From NCBI GenBank assembly GCA_018694835.1, contig JABHOG010000015.1, positions 108,192-172,191 on the forward strand: a stretch of 64,000 nucleotides of DNA, given 5' to 3'. Below are positions 10,174-18,391 of the stretch, in pieces. A program made the position numbers and the translations under genes. The stretch's first letter is position 1, and each line of letters opens with the position of its first letter. This DNA is from Planctomycetota bacterium (GTDB taxonomy: Bacteria; Planctomycetota; UBA8108; UBA1146). The notes under the pieces are model-generated. The model did no database searches and had not been told where the DNA came from. It worked only from the letters and a program-made list of their open reading frames with translations.

Positions 10174-11181
10174 TCAGGAAAACTGCTGGAGGAACCTGAC
10201 ATCGTTCTCGTAAAGATATCGGATATCAGGAATATTGAAGGAAGCCATCGTGACCCGTTCGATTCCCAACCCGAATGCAAAACCAGTCCACCGTTCGGGG
10301 TCGATTCCGACCGACTCGAGAACGTTGGGATCGACCATTCCACACCCCCCCATCTCCATCCAGCCACCACGCCAGAACAGATCCACTTCTGCACTCGGCT
10401 CGGTGAAGGGGAAAAAGGACGGCCTCAATCGCAGTTTCATTCCATCGTCCTGCAACAACTGCTGGAAGAAGGTCAGCAAGGTGGCCTTGAGATGACCAAA
10501 GGTCATCCCCTCGTCCACCACCAACCCTTCGAGTTGATTGAACATGTAGGAGTGAGTGGCATCGACAGTATCGGGTCGAAACACCTTGCCTGGAGCGATG
10601 ATCCTCAGGGGAGGAGGTGTATTCTCCATCACCCGGACCTGCACTGTCGACGTCTGACTGCGCATCAACAAATCATCTTCGAGGTAGAAGTTTTCCGCAG
10701 GATCGCGGGCGATGTGATCGACAGGGATATTGAGCCCGGTGAAGTTATGCCACTCGTCCTCGACCTCTGGACCATCCGCTACCTGGAATCCTAGATTGCC
10801 AAAGATACGAATCATCCGTGAAGCGACCTGGTGAACCGGATGGCGGCTCCCTCGTAAAGGCATCTGCCCTGGGAGAGTGACATCTGTGGCACGTCCAGCG
10901 GCAGTCGCCTTCGGCTTCGATTTCGGGCTACCGAGACGATCCTTGGCCGCCCCGAGCGCCGATTCCACCCGTTCCTTGACGAGATTGACCCGGGCTCCGA
11001 AGGAAGCGCGCTGCTCAGGTGGAAGAGCTCCCAGGGAACGGAGAACCTGCTTGAGGGTCCCCTTCTTCCCGAGCACCCCGACCCGAACCGATTCCAAACT
11101 CGAGGCATCCGAGGCGGACTCGATCGCCTGCAATGCTGCCGCCTCGATGGTATCTAGATCCACCTGGGATCCCTCGCTCAT
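10174..11181 (-). CDS. pheS: Phenylalanine-tRNA ligase alpha subunit
   Basis: Class II motifs are present (...FRPDTVDATHSYMFNQLEGLVVD..., ...GFAFGLGIERVTM...). The start is taken at the ATG at 11181-11179 (MSEGSQ...), which overlaps the rplT stop as ATGA. The ORF-track extension to 11283 lies inside rplT. Confidence 0.9.
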   Translation of the reverse strand: MSEGSQVDLDTIEAAALQAIESASDASSLESVRVGVLGKKGTLKQVLRSLGALPPEQRASFGARVNLVKERVESALGAAKDRLGSPKSKPKATAAGRATDVTLPGQMPLRGSRHPVHQVASRMIRIFGNLGFQVADGPEVEDEWHNFTGLNIPVDHIARDPAENFYLEDDLLMRSQTSTVQVRVMENTPPPLRIIAPGKVFRPDTVDATHSYMFNQLEGLVVDEGMTFGHLKATLLTFFQQLLQDDGMKLRLRPSFFPFTEPSAEVDLFWRGGWMEMGGCGMVDPNVLESVGIDPERWTGFAFGLGIERVTMASFNIPDIRYLYENDVRFLQQFS

Positions 11182-11534
11182 GATATTGCGCCGCGTGCAA
11201 TTCCTACGAGGGCGACGAAAGCCTCGTGATTTCGAATCGCCAGATCGGAGATCATCTTTCGATCCAGATCGACCTTGGCACACTTGAGACCATGAATGAA
11301 TCGACTATAGGAGATGTCTTGTTGGCCACAGGCCGCAGAGATCCGGGTGATCCAGAGTCGACGGATGATGCGTTTGCGTACCCGACGATCTCGCGTCGCA
11401 TAAGCTTCTGCCCGGATGATCGACTGCTTGGCAGTCCTGTACTGACGAGACGCGGCTCCGAAGAATCCACGAGCTTTTTTGAGAATCCGCTTTTGCTTGC
11501 GGTGACGAGCGACGCCAAAACTGACGCGTGCCAT
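11178..11534 (-). CDS. rplT: 50S ribosomal protein L20
   Basis: 118 aa, MARVSFGVARHRKQKRILKKARGFFGA...RRLWITRISAA... is a clear L20 sequence. Confidence 0.95.
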   Translation of the reverse strand: MARVSFGVARHRKQKRILKKARGFFGAASRQYRTAKQSIIRAEAYATRDRRVRKRIIRRLWITRISAACGQQDISYSRFIHGLKCAKVDLDRKMISDLAIRNHEAFVALVGIARGAIS

Positions 11535-11720
11535 CGTTGTCCCTTTCCAGTGAGCGATTCTCGGGAGGAATCTTTCGATTCACTAGGAACCTTCAGGTTC
11601 GTCCACCCCGTAATCACCGGCCGGCGCGCCCTTCGGCGCATTGATGAAAGTAACTAAATTTTACGATCTCGAACTATCGACCACCGGCGGCGAGCAGTGC
11701 TGCCACCAGTATCATCGCGA

Positions 11721-11924
11721 CTAGCCGATCCCGAGCAACGCCTTGATCACCTTGGCATCACATTCAGGGCATACTTCCGAACGACGTCCTCGACGAATCC
11801 GAGCCGCCGACCACGGGCCCATCCTGTGGCTCTTGCCTGCACGATGTCGCTTGATCTTACCTGTACCCGTCACCTTGACCCGCTTCTGCAGGCCCTTGTG
11901 CGGTTTGTGAGTCTTCCTGGCCAC
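11721..11924 (-). CDS. rpmI: 50S ribosomal protein L35
   Basis: (V/M)ARKTHKPHKGLQKRVKVTGTGKIKRHRAGKSHRM... matches the L35 pattern (KTHKGAAKRFK.TG.GKIKR..AGKSH). GTG start at 11924-11922 preceded by GGAAAGGGG. The longer track ORF (to 12062) runs into infC. Confidence 0.85.
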   Translation of the reverse strand: MARKTHKPHKGLQKRVKVTGTGKIKRHRAGKSHRMGPWSAARIRRGRRSEVCPECDAKVIKALLGIG

Positions 11925-11970
11925 GAGGGGCCCCTTTCCAATCGGAATCCTCTCGAGGACTCCGTTGTCG

Positions 11971-12480
11971 TCACTTCTTCTTTGCCAGAACCATCGCCAT
12001 CCGATTTCGGGCTTCCTGCAACGGCTCTCGTTCCATCTTTGCCAATTCTTCGAGGTCGGCATAGAACCTCATCAACACCTCGCGGCCCAGATCCGGGTGA
12101 CGCTGCTCGCGTCCCTTGAAGACCATCGTGACCAGCACCTTGTGGCCCTCTTCGAGGAAACCACGCACTCTGCGTAACTTGACATCGAAGTCGTGCTTCT
12201 CCGTTTTCGGCCGAAGTTTGACTTCCTTGATCTTACGGACCTTCTGGACCTGCTTGGAACTCTTCGACTGATCATACTTGAATTTGCCGAAATCCATCAA
12301 CTTGCACAGAGGAGGATCGGCATTGGGATTCATCTCGACCAGGTCGAGATCCTTCTCCTGGGCCATCTCCAGTGCTTCATTCAATTTGACGATTCCGACC
12401 TGTCCCCCCTCATCATCGATGAGGCGTACCTGGCCCGGAGCGGGCCTATCGATCACCCTGTACTTGGTCTTTTCGGCGAT
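11971..12480 (-). CDS. infC: Translation initiation factor IF-3, probable non-canonical ATC (AUC) start
   Basis: ...VRLIDDEGGQVGIVKLNEALEMAQEKDLDLVEMNPNADPPLCKLMDFGKFKY...KEVKLRPKTEKHDFDVK...VFKGRE... is collinear with IF-3. No ATG/GTG/TTG lies at the expected N-terminus, but a perfect AGGAGG (12492-12487) sits 6 nt upstream of ATC (12480-12478). Confidence 0.85.
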   Translation of the reverse strand: MAEKTKYRVIDRPAPGQVRLIDDEGGQVGIVKLNEALEMAQEKDLDLVEMNPNADPPLCKLMDFGKFKYDQSKSSKQVQKVRKIKEVKLRPKTEKHDFDVKLRRVRGFLEEGHKVLVTMVFKGREQRHPDLGREVLMRFYADLEELAKMEREPLQEARNRMAMVLAKKK

Positions 12481-12724
12481 GTCGTTCCTCCTACTCGAAA
12501 CTCCGCGGTCATCGTGACACTCCCACCTCCCTCGGAGGCGGTTTGAAACGACAAAATACCGGTACTGCGCCCGTGGGCCCATGGATGCACCGGGAAGTGG
12601 ACCATTTCTCGGCCCTGAGAACTCCGATGGATACACCGGAGAGGGGGCTGATGGCAAGCCGGAAACACTGATTTCTGTGGTAGATGCGTAAAAAATCGTC
12701 ATCTCGGGGCTGGCGCGGGCCCCC

Positions 12725-14539
12725 TCACTGCTGCGTTGAGTCTCCTGTTTCATCCCCAGACACCTGTGAGGAGGCCGGTTTCGGAGGGTCGGCGACCCTC
12801 AATCCGACCTCTTCCAGCTGCTGATCGGAGACATGGGTCGGAGCACCGGTCAACTGACACGTCCCTCGCTGAGTCTTGGGGAAGGCGATCACCTCGCGGA
12901 TCGAGTCGTCACCGGCCAAGATCATCACCAGCCGGTCGATTCCCAGGGCGATTCCTCCATGGGGTGGAGCTCCGTACTTCAATGCCTCTAACAGGAAACT
13001 GAACTTGCTACGAGCCTCCTCCGGGCTCAATCCAATCGCCTCGAATACCCGTTCCTGGAGGTCACGCTGGTGGATCCGGATACTCCCTCCCCCGACCTCG
13101 AAACCGTTCAGAACCAGGTCATAGGCTCTGGCACGCACCTTCAGAGGAGAGGATTCAAGTTGGTCCAGATCGTCGGGGTGCGGTGCCGTGAAGGGGTGGT
13201 GACAAGGAACAGGAGATCCCGTGGCCTCGTCCTCGTCGAACAGTGGAAATTCGGTCACCCAGCAGAACTCAAGGGCGCCCGGTTGGATATGACCCAGCTT
13301 TTGAGCCAGTTCTTTGCGCAGGAAGGACAATGAGTTGATCACAACTCGCTTCGATCGATCGGCGACGAAGTAGCACAGATCCCCCACTTGTAACCCACTG
13401 CGCTCGACCAGCTGGGTGCCCCCATCGCCTTCACAGAATCTCGCCACAGGCCCGGCCAGTCCGTCCTCGGTTCTCTTCATCCATGCGAGACCACCGGCAC
13501 CTTGATTCTTGACGATCGCTTCGAGCGATTCGATCTGTTTCCTCGACCATTCCGCTGCTCCGGGAACCCGTACCCCACGCACAGCACCGCCCGCTTCGAC
13601 GGCGCCAGAAAAGACCTTGAAACCAAGATCTTCGGCGAGATCTGACATTTCAAATATCTCCAGATCACTGCGCAGATCGGGTGCGTCACTCGAATATTTA
13701 AGCAGTGCCTCATCGTAAGAAATTCGACGGAAGGGAGTTTCCACCTCTTGCCCGGTCAAAGCTTTTACGACGTGCGCCATCAGGCCCTCGAGCACTTCGA
13801 TGACATCGTCTTCCTCGACACAGGCCATCTCGAGATCGAGTTGGGTGAATTCAGGCTGACGATCTGCTCGTAGGTCCTCATCACGGAAGCAACGAACGAT
13901 CTGCATGTATCGATCGAATCCAGCGACCATGAATAGTTGCTTGAAGATCTGAGGTGACTGGGGAAGAGCGTACAACTCACCAGGATTCAACCGGCTCGGC
14001 ACCAGGAAATCACGAGCTCCCTCTGGAGTGCTCTTGGTCAGCATCGGCGTCTCGAGGTCGATGAATCCCTTTTCATGAAGATGATTTCGCAGCTGATGTT
14101 GCAGATCAGATCTCAACTGAAAGCGACGTTGCACCTCTGGCCTTCTCATGTCGAGAAAACGGTACTGGAATCGCAATTCTTCGTTGACCAGATCCCCCCC
14201 TGCGAAATCGAAGGGCAGTGCGGGACAATCTCCCACCAACGTCGCAACCGTGGCGATCACTTCGATCTCTCCGGTCAGGAGGCGAGGATTCTTCATCCCA
14301 TCGGGACGAGATTGGATCCGACCTGTTACCTGTAGCACCTGCTCGGAACGTAAAGAGGTGAGTTCTGCTCCATCGATGGTTTCGGGTGAAAGGGTTACCT
14401 GAGTACGACCATAACGATCGCGCAAATCGATGAATCGCAACCCACCATGATCCCGGATGGTATCGATCCAGCCGACCAGAGTGACTTCCTCGCCGACATG
14501 TTCGGCACGAAGTTCTCCGCAGGTATGGCTTCTCAGCAT
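12725..14539 (-). CDS. aspS: Aspartate-tRNA ligase
   Basis: 604 aa. MLRSHTCGELR... N-terminal OB domain, class II motif 2 (...FRDEDLRADRQPEFTQLDLEM...) and motif 3 (...GGIALGIDRLVMIL...). Confidence 0.95.
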   Translation of the reverse strand: MLRSHTCGELRAEHVGEEVTLVGWIDTIRDHGGLRFIDLRDRYGRTQVTLSPETIDGAELTSLRSEQVLQVTGRIQSRPDGMKNPRLLTGEIEVIATVATLVGDCPALPFDFAGGDLVNEELRFQYRFLDMRRPEVQRRFQLRSDLQHQLRNHLHEKGFIDLETPMLTKSTPEGARDFLVPSRLNPGELYALPQSPQIFKQLFMVAGFDRYMQIVRCFRDEDLRADRQPEFTQLDLEMACVEEDDVIEVLEGLMAHVVKALTGQEVETPFRRISYDEALLKYSSDAPDLRSDLEIFEMSDLAEDLGFKVFSGAVEAGGAVRGVRVPGAAEWSRKQIESLEAIVKNQGAGGLAWMKRTEDGLAGPVARFCEGDGGTQLVERSGLQVGDLCYFVADRSKRVVINSLSFLRKELAQKLGHIQPGALEFCWVTEFPLFDEDEATGSPVPCHHPFTAPHPDDLDQLESSPLKVRARAYDLVLNGFEVGGGSIRIHQRDLQERVFEAIGLSPEEARSKFSFLLEALKYGAPPHGGIALGIDRLVMILAGDDSIREVIAFPKTQRGTCQLTGAPTHVSDQQLEEVGLRVADPPKPASSQVSGDETGDSTQQ

Positions 14540-14581
14540 TTCAATTCCCTTTCTCCACGCGAGGTCTTATCCGCATTGATT

Positions 14582-17500
14582 CTACGCAAATGCAGAGTTT
14601 CGGCCACCATTCCCGGAAAGAGATCCACTGGCCAACTCTGACACGCCAAGGAGCGAAGCCATCTCGCTCCAGCGGATGCCCTTCGGAGCGTTTTTGAGCC
14701 ACCGCTCGATCTCGGCCATCGCCGCCCTCCTCAACTTCTGCCCTGCGTCCAGATCCCCGGCTTGCTCCCGTACCTGGGCCCACCAGAAGAGGACCGAAGC
14801 ATGACCATGACGAGTTTCCAGTCGAACCACCCGTCGCCAGGCATTGCGAGCAACCCGCTCCTTTTCCTCGAGGGATGCGTGAGCGCTTCTCTCGAGCGAC
14901 AACCAGGTCGATATCGGCTGTGCACGTAGTCGAAGCGCATCGAGAGCTGCGATTTCAAGCCAATGATGGGCATCTTCCTCTTGATGCCTTCGCAACAACA
15001 CCCGTCGTCGATCGAGCGCATTGCGTGCCCTGCGCATTCCGAACGGCTCCGGATCCGATCCTGGCTCGGGGATTGCTCCGGTGGCAATTTTTCGCCGTTC
15101 GATCTGAGCCAGTGCGTTTTGCCCCACTCGATCGAGCAGTTCGACTCGTTCTCTACGTAAAGATCCGAGGTCTCGATCGGTTCCCCGCACTCGTAATGTC
15201 GTCAGTCCTCGATCGAGCAAGCTCATCGCTTGCGAGAGGAGACCGCTGGCAAATGCACAACGACTCTCGAGGATGATGTGGCGAGCATGAACGTCAACCG
15301 TCTCTCGCTCATGGGGCGCTCGATGGGGCGGTGTCGCCTGCAGGATCTGCCGCGCCGTCAGCGGCCGACCTGCCGCCAGTTCCGATGCCGCGACCAACAG
15401 ATTGCCTTCCCAGGCGACGATGCCCGCCGGTCCGTCGAGCATCAATGCCTCCTCGAGACAGCGGGAAGCTCCCTTGATCCACCCGGCTCCCGCCTCGCAG
15501 CGAGCCAACAGCAACAATGATCGGGGTAACTGCCCCCGGCAGTGCTGCCTCGCCTCGTCCACCAATGGTGCGATCTCTTGCAGTACCAGTGCCTCTTCTC
15601 CGAGACGAAGAGAAGACTCCGCAGCCTCGATTGCCGCCGCCAACGCCGCTTCTTTTCGATGCTCTTGACGACAAAGATGATGATGCCAACGGCTCCAGAT
15701 CCTCAGGGAACGCAGATCCTCCTTCGCTCTCGCTCGCAGGCACTGAGCCTCGGCAATTTGGCGCGAATGACCGCTTCTCATCGCATCTGCAAGAACCTGA
15801 TCGGAGAGATCCAATGCTTGTAAACGAGCTCCCCTGGACAGAGCGATACGGCAGCGCTCCAGCCGAAACTCGTTGATCATCTCATCGGGGCATTCCGAGT
15901 CGTCCATCTCGAACTGGGGAACGGCGCCGACTCCACGCCTCGCTAGCGTTCGGAGGATGCGAGACCGTTCGATGGCCACTCTGGTCTTCTCGCGTCGAGT
16001 CTCCAGATCATCCTGTGTCGGCATCACCACTTCATCGAGCAGCGCCAGAGCCGTTCGTGGATTCCCATCTCGACGACTGGTATCAGCCCTGAGTCGTGCC
16101 AGACGCAGCGAGGCCACGCTGCCCGGCTGCTGGTTTCGGGCCGAGATTCTCCATGCTCGATCGCGTTGCGATAGATTCCCCAGGTGATCCTCGACCATGC
16201 CGAGCAACTCCGCCCAACGCGGCACCATCGGTTCACGGAGCAGATCGACCAGCGGCCCCAGCAATTCTGAAAGGCGTGTCGCATCCCCAGAGACTCGCGC
16301 CTCATCCTCGAGCCAGGGCTCGAGACAGCGAGCCGCCAATTCGATCTGCCCGGCACTCAATCGATGATGGGCCACTGCCAGAGGATCGAGTCCTTCGAGA
16401 TTTGCGGCGCGCTCGTGCAGTTCTCTCCTCCGTGCAGGATCGAGTCCGACCAGCACCCCCTCCGCCTGGAACGGTTCACGCCAGTGCAGATCACCGTCGA
16501 TACGTATCCACTGATGCTGAACCAATCCAGCAGCGATCGACGGCATCGATCCGAGAGGAATAGATGCCACTTTTGCGACTGCGTGACCGGAGGCAGGCGC
16601 GCCCAGCACTGCCAGCGCTTCAAGCAAGGCACGGTCTTCTACTGCAAGTCTATGACACTCACCGACGACACGATCGCTCCAACGATCCTCTGGATGGCTG
16701 GAAGATTTGTTCCAGATCCAGCGAAGACCATCATGCTCCAGTTCTCCGCTTCTGATCCTGCCGATGAGGATCCGCTCCCAGATCGACGGGCTCCCAGCAC
16801 CCCACTGGATCAGACGTCGATGAAGCCTCGGCTCGACAGTAGCGCCGGGAAGCGCCGCTTCGAGCCACTGGTCCAGCCCGATGGCGGAAACGTGATCGGT
16901 TCTGACGATGATCGGTTGGCTGTTCGCCAGCGAAGAACCGACATAGCCCCCCGGCATCGTGGGACTCTCGATCCACCAGAGCAATTTGCAACCGCTGTGC
17001 TCGCTCCACTGCATCGCTTCTTGTAACGCTGGATTCCCCGCACCGGGATCATCGACCTTGACCACCATCATCGCACACCCGGTCGGAATCGATCGCGACA
17101 GTTGGAGTCGATGGTGGGTCGCCGTGCTGTCCAGATCGATCACCGGCAGCCCTGCGATCATCAGGTCGGTTCGAACTCGTCGGGCGATCTTACGACGATC
17201 TCCCTCTCGGCGATGGAGGTGCACCACGGTGCCCCCCACTTCTCTGCACTGGAGCAATGCCTCTCGCAGCAGATCGGGTAGTTCGGAACCGATTCCAGGA
17301 TAGCTCACCTGAGCGACCAGAGATTCGATCGATTCCGCCTCACATCCTCCCTCTTCAGCAGGAAAGGAGCGCTCCAGCAACGCCAGCACTTCCCCAGCAT
17401 CCGGAGGTCGATCGTCGGGTCGTTTCTCCAACATCTTCTCGATCAGTCGCCGTGCAGCCTCGGGTAGTCCCGGACGAAGGTCATCGATGGGAGTCGGATC

Positions 17501-18196
17501 TTCCTGCAGGTGAGCGCGACCCAGGCTGGATCGATCAAACTGCTGAAACGGCAACTTTCCACACCACCACTGATAGAGCAGTACACCCATCGAATAGATG
17601 TCTCCACGAGCATCGGGTCTTTCGCCGAGCCACTGCTCCGGTGGCATCGCATGAGGAGTACCGAGGATCTTTTCCTCGGACGGATGTCCTTCACGCTGAC
17701 AGAGTCCGAAGTCGAGCAGCACCGGCTCCAGTGGCTGGCCCTCACACGCTTCTTCCCGCAACCGGACATTGTCAGACTTGAGATCTCCGTGAACCCAACC
17801 ATTTCGATGCATGAAAGCCAGCGCCTGCAGGATCGGACGAGCCAGCGCCAACCAGTCGGGAAACCAGCAGCTGCCGGCCAGATCGGTAGAGACGGGACCG
17901 GAGAGCACTTCACTGCTGAACCAGCGCGCTCCATCCTGGGCATCGATCCCGTATTCATGGACCGACAGGATCGAAGGATGGCGGAGCCGGGTCAGATGTT
18001 CATATTCCCGCAGATGGCGCTGTCCTACAGGCCCTTGCGAATCCTTGGAATCGACCCGCTTGACCGCCACCAGATCGTCATCGATCGGGTCGTGACAGAG
18101 CCAGACCTCTCCCATTCCCCCTCGCCCGAGAAGGGATCGAGGAATGAAACGACCCGAGATGGGTCGATTTCCAGAGGGACGGTCCTGGATGGCCAC
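14582..18196 (-). CDS. Ser/Thr protein kinase with about 900-aa helical (TPR-like) C-terminal region
   Basis: N-terminal Hanks kinase with LGRGGMGEVW, VAVK, catalytic loop HGDLKSDNV, DFGL and GTPHAMPPEQ. The remainder is Leu/Ala/Arg-rich helical repeats. I saw no Walker A motif. Confidence 0.85.
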   Translation of the reverse strand: MAIQDRPSGNRPISGRFIPRSLLGRGGMGEVWLCHDPIDDDLVAVKRVDSKDSQGPVGQRHLREYEHLTRLRHPSILSVHEYGIDAQDGARWFSSEVLSGPVSTDLAGSCWFPDWLALARPILQALAFMHRNGWVHGDLKSDNVRLREEACEGQPLEPVLLDFGLCQREGHPSEEKILGTPHAMPPEQWLGERPDARGDIYSMGVLLYQWWCGKLPFQQFDRSSLGRAHLQEDPTPIDDLRPGLPEAARRLIEKMLEKRPDDRPPDAGEVLALLERSFPAEEGGCEAESIESLVAQVSYPGIGSELPDLLREALLQCREVGGTVVHLHRREGDRRKIARRVRTDLMIAGLPVIDLDSTATHHRLQLSRSIPTGCAMMVVKVDDPGAGNPALQEAMQWSEHSGCKLLWWIESPTMPGGYVGSSLANSQPIIVRTDHVSAIGLDQWLEAALPGATVEPRLHRRLIQWGAGSPSIWERILIGRIRSGELEHDGLRWIWNKSSSHPEDRWSDRVVGECHRLAVEDRALLEALAVLGAPASGHAVAKVASIPLGSMPSIAAGLVQHQWIRIDGDLHWREPFQAEGVLVGLDPARRRELHERAANLEGLDPLAVAHHRLSAGQIELAARCLEPWLEDEARVSGDATRLSELLGPLVDLLREPMVPRWAELLGMVEDHLGNLSQRDRAWRISARNQQPGSVASLRLARLRADTSRRDGNPRTALALLDEVVMPTQDDLETRREKTRVAIERSRILRTLARRGVGAVPQFEMDDSECPDEMINEFRLERCRIALSRGARLQALDLSDQVLADAMRSGHSRQIAEAQCLRARAKEDLRSLRIWSRWHHHLCRQEHRKEAALAAAIEAAESSLRLGEEALVLQEIAPLVDEARQHCRGQLPRSLLLLARCEAGAGWIKGASRCLEEALMLDGPAGIVAWEGNLLVAASELAAGRPLTARQILQATPPHRAPHERETVDVHARHIILESRCAFASGLLSQAMSLLDRGLTTLRVRGTDRDLGSLRRERVELLDRVGQNALAQIERRKIATGAIPEPGSDPEPFGMRRARNALDRRRVLLRRHQEEDAHHWLEIAALDALRLRAQPISTWLSLERSAHASLEEKERVARNAWRRVVRLETRHGHASVLFWWAQVREQAGDLDAGQKLRRAAMAEIERWLKNAPKGIRWSEMASLLGVSELASGSLSGNGGRNSAFA

Positions 18197-18391
18197 ATGA
18201 CTCCTGATTCAGGGAGAAAGCGCTCCTCCCGTCTAATTCTACGACGATCTGCTAAATTCGTCCTCCGGCCCCCATCGCAGTGAGGAAGGAGAACCAATCG
18301 AACGATGATCTGGATTCTTTGGCGAACACCGATAAAATGGGAGAGAGCGCATTCAAACCCCTCTCACAGAGTACAGATAAGGCTTTTATTG

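Noticed and set aside
11182-11283. Upstream extension of pheS (track start 11283), and the similar extension of rpmI (11925-12062)
   Set aside because: The extensions run inside rplT and infC respectively and encode Arg/Trp-rich junk. Internal starts with ATGA coupling (pheS) or GTG plus SD (rpmI) match the homologous N-termini.
12481-12753. N-terminal 91-codon extension of the infC ORF in the track (start at 12753)
   Set aside because: The extension overlaps the aspS 3' end and has no IF-3 similarity. The AGGAGG-N6-ATC arrangement at 12492-12478 fits the known non-AUG biology of infC.
14582-17300. STAND/AAA NTPase module in the kinase C-terminal region
   Set aside because: No GxxxxGK[ST] Walker A or hhhhDE Walker B motif was found by eye. 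I call the region only helical, TPR-like repeats.
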